Source: the human T2T-CHM13v2.0 reference genome, Homo sapiens. Taken from it: a stretch of 64,000 nucleotides of DNA. Each line of letters begins with the position of its first letter. The stretch's first letter is position 1. Below the pieces are notes generated by a model that worked only from the letters and a program-made list of their open reading frames with translations, was not told the DNA's origin and searched no databases. Of this stretch, positions 54,342-64,000 are shown one piece after another. The stretch lies in the NCBI RefSeq assembly GCF_009914755.1, contig NC_060931.1, one strand, 5' to 3'. The translations under genes were made by a program, and so were the position numbers.

Positions 54342-55379
54342 TTAAACCTCAATTCTTAACTTACGTGCACTCACAGGCACAACATCACATGAAAGCTGCC
54401 AACGCTTGAGGCTTCCACCCTCTGAAACCATGGCCTGAGCTCTATGTTGGCCCCTTTCAGCCATGGCTGGAGCAGATGGGACACAGGGCACCAAGTCCCT
54501 AGGCTCCACACAACACGGGACGCTGGGCCCAGCCCACGAAACCACTTTTTTCTCCTAGGCCTCCAGGCCTGTGATGGGAGGGGCTACAGAAAGTTCTCTG
54601 ACATGCCCTGGAGATATTTTCCCCATTGTCTTGGTGATTAATATTTGGTTCCTCATTACTTATGCAAATTTCTGCAGCCAGGTTGAATTTCTTCTCAGAA
54701 AATGGGATTTTCTTTTCTATTGCCTTGTCAGGCTACAAATTTTTTGAACTTTTATGCTGTTTCCCTTTTAAAACTGAATACCTTTAACAGCACCCAAGTC
54801 ACTTCTTGGATGCTTTCCTGCTTAGAGATTTCTTCTGCCAGATACCCTAAATCATCCCTCTCAAGTTCAAAGTTCCACAAATCTCTAGGGCAGGGGCAAA
54901 ATACCACCAGTCTCTTAGCTCAAACATAACAAGAGTCACCTTTGCTCCAGTTCCAAACAAGTTTCTCATTTCCCTCTGAGACCACCTCAGCCTGGACATT
55001 ATTGTCCATATCATTATCAGTGTTTTGGTCAAAGCTATTCCACAAGTCTCTAGGAACTTCCAAACTTTCCCACATCTTCCTGTCTTCTTCTGAACCCTCC
55101 AAATTGTTCCATCCTCTGCCTGTTACCCAGTTCCAGAGTCGCTTCCACAGTTTTGGGTATTTTTTCAGCAGCGCCCCACTCTACTGGTACCAATTTACTG
55201 TATATGTCCATTTTCATGCTACTGATGAAGACATACCTGAGACTGGGCAATTTACAAAAGATAGACGTTTAACTGGACTTACAGTTCCACATGGCTGGGG
55301 AAGCCTCACAATCATGGTGGAAGGCAAGGAGCAGCAAGTCACATCTTACATAGATGGCAGCAGGCAAAAAGAGCTTGTG

Positions 55380-55722
<343 letters not shown>

Positions 55723-56351
55723 TCATGAGACTCATTCACTATCATGAGAAGAGTGCATAAAAGAGCCACCCCCATAATTCAACCACCTCCCACCAAGTTC
55801 CTCCCATGACACATGGGAATTATGGGAGTTAACAATTCAAGATGGGATTTGGGTGGGGACACAGACAAACCATATTAATGGTGCAAGTCTAAGTTTTCTT
55901 GAGAAAAAAAGTGTTTTTCCTCATCCTGTTTCCATGTCCCTTTCTTTATTTTCTCATCTGGGCTATTCTTGAGGCAGGAGGAAAAAGAAGAGAAAGTGCT
56001 GCTGCGCACTTTGTTTTTTTCAGTTTTGAGTAAAACTCCAAGATTATTATTCACCTTTTAATATCCTTATAACTTTGCTTCTGACAGGAAAGAACAGCAT
56101 CAGCTAAAATTTCCCATATTAGTTTATCTATGTCAACATCAAAGTTTTTAATACTTAATTTAAAAATCCCCCTGGACTGTTCAGCAGAGAAAAACCAAAA
56201 TCACACATGTATTGAGTATCTACCATGTATGGTACACTAAGGATACCAGGTTCAAGAAGATCCTGGTCCCCATTGTGGTGTGGTGGTTACAGGGTATACT
56301 CAATTGGCAACATTCAACAAATCGCATGTGCATTTAAGATCTATTCATTGT

Positions 56352-56731
<380 letters not shown>

Positions 56732-56773
56732 TTACTACTGTTAACACATTAATTTCGAAGAAGTTAAATTTAC

Positions 56774-57060
56774 GGCCAGGCACAGTGGCTCACACCTGTA
56801 ATCCCAAAATGTTGGGAGGCTGAGGCGGGTAGATCACTTAGTTCAGGAGTTCAAGACCAGCCTGGGCAACATGGTGAAACTCAGTCTCTACAAAAAAATA
56901 CAATAAATTAGCTAGACATGGTAACATACCCAGGATGCTTAGGTGGACAGAACTCCTGAGCCCAGGAGGTCGAAGCTGAACTGAGCCATGTTCATGCCAC
57001 CACACTCCAGCCTGGGTGACAGAGTAAGACCCTGTCTCCAAAAAAAAGAGGGAGAGAGAG
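56774..57060 (+). mobile_element. AluJ
   Basis: TSD AAGAAGTTAAATTTA. Confidence 0.92.
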
Positions 57061-57205
57061 AAAGAAGTTAAATTTATGATATGAATTTGACTATTCTATG
57101 TGTATAATATAAGGCACTGAATATTGGGTAAAGTACATGGGCCCTTTCTATGGAACTTGAAATTTAGTTTTTGTAATTGTCTGTACAACATTTCTTCCAC
57201 TGTAT

Positions 57206-57207
<2 letters not shown>

Positions 57208-57237
<30 letters not shown>

Positions 57238-57505
57238 GCCGGAGTCTTGCTCTGTCACCCAGGCTGGAGTGCAGGTAATCTCAGCTCACTGCAACCTCCG
57301 CCTGCCAGGTTCAAGCAATTCTTCTGCCTCAGCCTCCTGGGATTAAAGGCACCTGCCACCACACAGGGCTAATTTTTGTATTTTTTTTAGAGACAGGGTT
57401 TCACCATGTTGGCCAGGCTGGTCTCAAACTCCTGGGCTCAAGTGATCCACCCGCCTTGCCCTCCTAAAGCGCTGGGATTACAGGCCCAAGCCACTGCGCC
57501 CAGCC
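57208..57505 (-). mobile_element. AluS
   Basis: Poly(T) followed by reverse Alu. Confidence 0.92.
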
Positions 57506-57879
57506 TTCATCCATTGTATAAATTATTTTGAAAAGTAGCACATACCAGTAATAGGATCATAAGCATCTGGTTAGTGGACCTGGGTCCAAATCCGTTTTTC
57601 CTGTGCTTTGGGGGAAAATTACCCATGGCTGTTTCATTTGCAAAATAGCAATAATGCCCAGGGTTGTTGTGGGGACTAAATGAATAAACTGCCAAGTCAT
57701 AGTAAACATTCTCTCTCCCATGTCACCTCCTCCCAGCATCCTTTGATGTCAAGTCCTTGGCCAGGACTGCAATTACCCATTATGACTAACAGTGAAAAAT
57801 ATTGGCCCTTTATGATTCACATTATGCCAATATCCAGTTCACAAATGCATTTTATACTTAATACGTATAATTCTGCAAT

Positions 57880-58085
57880 CCATTCATTCATTTTCATTGA
57901 ACACCTACCATGTGCCAGGACCTGTGCTAGGCTCTAAAATTACAGCAGAAGACAGTGTCCGTATTTATGGTGCTTACATTCTACAGGCAGGAGACAAGAA
58001 ATATATATATGTATGTATGTATACACATATACATATGTTAAATTATAACTTTACATGTATATATCAGGTGGGTAAAACTTCTTTG
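57880..58085 (-). mobile_element. L2 3' end
   Basis: CATTCATTCATT...TTGAACACCTACCATGTGCCAGG. Confidence 0.8.
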
Positions 58086-58102
58086 AAGAAAAAGTGAGAT
58101 TA

Positions 58103-59787
58103 GCTCCCTCTCCCTCTCCCCACGGTCTCCCTCTCCCTCTCTCTCTCTTTCCACGGTCTCCCTCTGATGCCGAGCCGAAGCTGGACTGTACTGCTGCCAT
58201 CTCGGCTCACTGCAACCTCCCTGCCTGATTCTCCTGCCTCAGCCTGCCCAGTGCCTGCGATTGCAGGCGCGCGCTGCCACGCCTGACTGGTTTTCGTATT
58301 TTTTTGGTGGAGATGGGGTTTCGCTGTGTTGGCTGGGCTGGTCTCCAGCTCCTAGCCGCGAGTGATCCGCCAGCCTCGGCCTCCGGAGGTGCCGGGATTG
58401 CAGACGGTGTCTGGTTCACTCAGTGCTCAATGGTGCCCAGGCGGGAGTGCAGTGGCGTGATCTCCACTCGCTACAACCTCCACCTCCCAGCCGCCTGCCT
58501 TGGCCTCCCAAAGTGCCGAGATTGCAGCCTCTGCCCGGCCGCCACCCCGTCTGGGAAGTGAGGAGCGTCTCTGCCTGGCCGCCTATTGTCTGGGACGTGA
58601 GGAGCCCCTCTGCCTGGCTGCCCAGTCTGGAAAGTGAGGAGTGTCTCTGCCCGGCCGCCCATCGTCTGAGATGTGGGGAGCGCCTTTGCCCCACCGCCCC
58701 GTCTGGGATGTGAGGAGCGCCTCTGCCCGGCCGCGACCCCGTCTGGGAGGTGAGGAGCGTCTCTGCCCAGCCGCCCCGTCTGAGAAGGGAGGAGACCCTC
58801 CGCCTGGCAACTGCCCCGTCTGAGAAGTGAGGAGCCCCTCCGCCCGGCAGCCGCCCCGTCTGAGAAGTGAGGAGCCCCTCCACCCGGCAGCCACCCCGTC
58901 TGGGAAGTGAGGAGCGTCTCCGCCCGGCAGCCACCCCGTCCGGGAGGGAGGTGGGGGTCAGCCCCCGCCAGGCCAGCCGCCCCATCCGGGAGGGAGGTGG
59001 GGGGGTCAGCTCCCCGCCCGGCCAGCAGCCCCATCCGGGAGGGAGGTGGGGGGTCAGCCCCCCGCCCGGCCAGCCGCCCCGTCCGGGAGGGAGGTGGGGG
59101 GTCAGCCCCCCGCCCGGCCAGCCGCCCCGTCTGGGAGGGAGGTGGGGGGGGTCAGCCTCCCGCCTGGCCAGCCGCCTCGTCCGGGAGGTGAGGGGCGCCT
59201 CTGCCCGGCCGCCCCTACTGGGAAGTGAGGAGCCCCTCTGCCCGGCCACCACCCCGTCTGGGAGGTGTACCCAACAGCTCATTGAGAGCGGGCCATGATG
59301 ACAATGGCGGTTTTGTGGAATAGAAAGGGGGCAAAGGTGGGGAAAAGATTGAGAAATCGGATGGTTGCCGGGTCTGTGTGGATAGAAGTGGACATGGGAG
59401 ACTTTTCATTTTGTTCTGTACTAAGAAAAATTCTTCTGCCTTGGGATCCTATTGATCTGTGACCTGACCCCCAACCCTGTGCTCTCTGAAACATGTGCTG
59501 TGTCCACTCAGGGTTAAATGGATTAAGGGCGGTGCAAGATGTGCTTTGTTAAACAGATGCTTGAAGGCAGCATGCTCGTTAAGAGTCATCACCACTCCCT
59601 AATCTCAAGTACCCAGGGACACAAACACTGCGGAAGGCCGCAGGGTCCTCTGCCTAGGAAAACCAGAGACCTTTGTTCACTTGTTTATCTGCTGACCTTC
59701 CCTCCACTATTGTCCTATGACCCTGCCAAATCCCCCTCTGTGAGAAACACCCAAGAATGATCAATAAAAAAAAAAAAAGAAAGAAAA
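58103..59787 (+). mobile_element. Full-length SVA (C/D-like)
   Basis: CCCTCT hexamers, Alu-like domain, GC-rich VNTR (~58530-59265), SINE-R, AATAAA and poly(A); 17-bp TSD AAGAAAAAGTGAGATTA at 58086-58102 and 59788-59804. Confidence 0.98.
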
Positions 59788-59828
59788 AAGAAAAAGTGAG
59801 ATTAAAGGAGAGAATGATGGGGAGGCAA

Positions 59829-60292
59829 TGATAGAGACAGGAGACAGCCAAGGGTCCCCAGCAAAACCACACCTTCAATCCTAAAACAGCCTGAAGGCTG
59901 AGGGACCGGACTGCTGGTCCCAGATGAAACCTACAACCCAGAGGGAGAACTGCCCCTGTTTGCCCACCCTTTCCTGACTAGTTCTTTCTGAATAATGCCT
60001 ACTTGCACACTGGGAAAATGGGGCGGAGCCATAGGAAGTTCATGCCTTATGCCAGGGGAGGAGGCCGGTCTTTTCAGCTTTTGTGTGTGGTGGCCTGGTA
60101 TTCAACCTGGGAGGTAGGGGCCCATTCGCAGGATGCCTTGTCACTTTGCTCAGTTTTTTTTTTTTTTTTTTTTCCTTTTCGCCAATGAATCCAGCCCTCC
60201 TCAGCCTTCAATGTGTCCATGTGCCTAATTTCTCCTGGTTGTGACACAAAAACCTGGATTTAGCTAAACTAAGGAGCAAAACTTCTACATCA
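59829..60292 (+). mobile_element. MER61-like ERV1 5' LTR
   Basis: TGATAGAGACAGGAGACAGCCAAGGGTCCCC...AAGGAGCAAAACTTCTACATCA. Confidence 0.75.
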
Positions 60293-60295
60293 GTT

Positions 60296-60314
60296 TGGTG
60301 GCACATCTGGGGAT
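60296..60314 (+). other. Degenerate tRNA-Pro primer-binding site
   Basis: TGGTGGCACATCTGGGGAT versus TGGGGGCTCGTCCGGGAT, 3 nt after the LTR. Confidence 0.6.
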
Positions 60315-62016
60315 CAAGGAAGGGTGAGTAAGATGTGAACAAAAAAATATTTTTCCCTTTCATTTCTAAGCCTTTTCGTCCTTGGACTTCTGAGGGTAGA
60401 GGAAACTGCACACCACCCGCCCCCCAATAGCCGCAGGCATGCATGAGATGAATGGGCAAATAGCAGCTCCCCAGCCCCCTTCTCCTCCCCCTGGTGCTAA
60501 GGCGCATGGCCCAAGGGTGCCAGGAGGCAGACTGGCTTGCATTTGCCACCACACATCCACAGTGTCTTCCCCTCCCCTGGCCAGGGGGTCCAGCTGTCAG
60601 ACAGCAATTAAGTTAGTCTCCCTGTTGGAGGAACCTATTTGCATAAGAATAGGAGGTTCTTCTGCATACATCTTTTTTCTTCTCTCTACCCTGTCAGCAG
60701 TTAACACAGCCCTGCATTTAAGCTATTTTTTTTCTTTTCTCCACCAGGTCAGGAGTTAACTTTAATGCAAGACGCTTTTTTTCTTTTTAGAAGACATTTT
60801 ACGAGGCCAAGCCCCTAACTAACAGTTTATATTCTCTGTAAAGTTTTAATTATGAAAAAGGATTTGTGAGGTTGGTCTTAAGCTGTAGCCAATCTGGTGT
60901 GCTTTGCATGTCTTTCTGTATGGTCAGTAGCAAACTTTGCTGCAGGCTTCCATCTTGTTTTACATCCTTGGAAGTGTGACCTGTAACCACGTGGCAATGC
61001 TTTGTTTTAGCTTTTGCCGTTTTACAATGGTGGCCCAGGTTCAATCCTGGCTGAGGGAATGAGTCTTTTCTGGTTTGATATCTGCATTATTTTTATCATT
61101 TGTTGATTCTCTTTCCCTCCATGAACCACCTTGGATTTTCCTTTCTCTGAGCACCTGGGAGGTCACCTTTAGTAAAGTTTGAAAGCCAGAAATATTGGCC
61201 ACTTGGCACAGCTAAAATTGGGTAACAAGGGATTTAAAAGGATTTTCTTAAAGAGCACTCAGCTTAATTAAAAGTGGATATCCAAGTTATAGGTATATTT
61301 AAAAGGCCGTTATATTTGTCTCTTCTTGGTTCTTGTTTTGCTGGAAAGGGGTTTAGGGTTTTATCTCAGTTGACTGAATTATTTCTTTCCATTTTGCCTT
61401 GCCACTCTTAATACACAAGAAGAGAGAGACCTCTGTTCTCCCCATGGATCCCTCTCAAAATCTGTTTTTGCCTTCCAGCTGTACCTGTTTATTAGACCCT
61501 AAAAACTGCATGTTTTCCTAGCCTTGCTCTTGAAGGGCTCCACCCAGAGGCAAATAATCCAATTAGGAGGTTGGCAAAAGGAAAAGTCTTATGGTTACTG
61601 GGTTTTCTTTGCCTGTCTGTGTAGTTATATATATGCTGTGTGTGATGTCTATTAAAAAGAGATCTAATTAATTTACTTAAAGAAGGATAAGTGCTTGGAT
61701 CAAATATTTTTTAAAGGGAAGATAAAAGCTGTGGTAACTTTTAGTTCACATGACTTTAGTGTTTGAGAAATAAAAACAGCCTTAAAGATTATTGGTAAAA
61801 TGCCATCAAAATGTAAATAGGTGGACTAAATTATGCAGATCAGATACTAGGTTTGCAAAAGGCTTTAAGGCTATAAACTGCTTTGTGGTTTTTGAGAACT
61901 GTTCGACTTGCCTGCTTCAAAACCAGTAAGGTCTGAGGACATATGGAATTAACCACACCCTAAATTATGCTAGAAGTCAAAACTTGGCTGTACCTAGTAC
62001 ATAATTAAAACAACTT

Positions 62017-62335
<319 letters not shown>

Positions 62336-62726
62336 TTACATTAAAGTTTAAAAATGCTAGGAGTTACCATTGTAACATATAATGAAGACTACTGGAAATA
62401 GATTTGTGAGAAATACATGTGAGGTGTATAAGAACAGTAAAATACGTTTTTAATAAAAGATTATAGGAAGGTGTGGAAATGTAAAATTCTTGCCTAAGGT
62501 TAAACGATTGTTTTGAATTAGATAAAATAAAGCTAAAAGTTCAAACAAGTTGTAAAAGGAATGTAAAAATTAATCTTGCAAAAGAAATTCTGTGTGTGAA
62601 CACATTGGCTAAATTCAAATATGGCTTTTCTGTAAATTAAACATTGAAATAAAAGCACAAGGTACTGAGCACCAATCTGCTCTTTAGTAAAATTTGTAAA
62701 GAGTTATAAAAGGTTTCTGCTTTTAA

Positions 62727-63077
<351 letters not shown>

Positions 63078-63288
63078 TAATCTGGAATTCTATTTCATAA
63101 CATCAAGTGTTTTAAACTTCTAACATTTAACAAGCTTCCCAAAATCAAACTTCTGTTTCAAAATTGTCTTTCCTGACACCTGCCTTTTGGATGCTATAGA
63201 GGGCCCCTGGAACATCCAGAAGAGAGGTAAACAGAATTACCGGACATGTCTAGGTACATGGGATTGCCAAAATGTTGTTTAATCTTCA

Positions 63289-63416
63289 TATATTAATATT
63301 CACTAACCTATATTACCTATATTAATATAGGTTATTAATATTAATAGATAATTAATATTAATAGGTAATTAATATTAATAACCTATATTAATATAGGTTT
63401 AGTGAATATTAATATA
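63289..63416. repeat. AT-rich quasi-palindrome
   Basis: Complementary arms TATATTAATATTCACTAA and TTAGTGAATATTAATATA with internal perfect palindromes. Confidence 0.9.
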
Positions 63417-63913
63417 CGTTCCAAAATTGTATGGGATTTCTAAAATTCTAATGCCTGAGTATATGCTATCAATCACAAGGTGGTTAAATTATTGTAAACC
63501 ACAGAAATAAACCAAATTTCTTTGTCAATCATGTTTCTGACTGTAACTACCCTGGACATTTTGTTATTTATAGACGATTGTTGTTTTTATCATCTTCAGA
63601 AGATGGTGTGTAATCAGCTATAGAACTTTAACAGGTGCTCTCAAATGCAGGTTTCTGATATCTTTGAAGATTGTGACACTGGAATAAAGGAAAACATACA
63701 GGACTCATGAAGAGCTGACATGTTCGTGAATATCAAGCAAAACAAGAGTTAATGGAATGGACTGAACTAATAGAAAACTGAAATAATCTTTTTTACTTTT
63801 GCTTGGAACACTGCTGATTCTCATTTTGTTTTTCAGACTCAAGGAAGCTTATTTTGAACTATTTATGGCCTTTAATAATTGAGTAAGGTAAACTCCTGTG
63901 AACAAAATTTGGA

Positions 63914-63916
<3 letters not shown>

Positions 63917-63949
<33 letters not shown>
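63917..63949. repeat. (CT)n microsatellite
   Basis: Directly visible. Confidence 0.95.
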
Positions 63950-63953
<4 letters not shown>

Positions 63954-64000
63954 GGCTTCTCCAGAATTTAGAAACTAGTTGTGAGTATTCTTAACTTATG

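Noticed and set aside
58530-59265. Periodic repeats resembling a CRISPR array
   Set aside because: SVA VNTR; no unique spacers; eukaryotic context
58416-59282. 288-aa and overlapping GC-rich ORFs
   Set aside because: Stop-poor translations of the SVA VNTR and Alu-like domain

Overview
Hominoid (human-like) nuclear DNA, almost entirely transposon-derived, with no recognisable intron-containing protein-coding gene. An SVA restricts it to apes; I cannot assign the locus. Main non-TE items: (1) a ~2.25 kb ancient NUMT (control region, tRNA-Pro, tRNA-Thr, CYTB, half of tRNA-Glu) inserted into a MER4-group ERV1, rearranged so that a control-region segment occurs at both ends, and keeping non-human ancestral mtDNA characters; (2) a full-length RPS26 processed pseudogene with an intact 115-aa ORF, poly(A) and TSD. 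Also present: full-length SVA, Tigger2, THE1A and MER75 elements, a 3-kb L1PA ORF2 fragment, a second ERV1 (MER61-like LTR plus internal region), about 35 Alus, a 128-bp AT-rich palindrome and a candidate 66-nt exon. Subfamily names come from recalled consensus sequences and many boundaries are approximate. I found no convincing novel gene system; the rearranged NUMT is the most unusual object.
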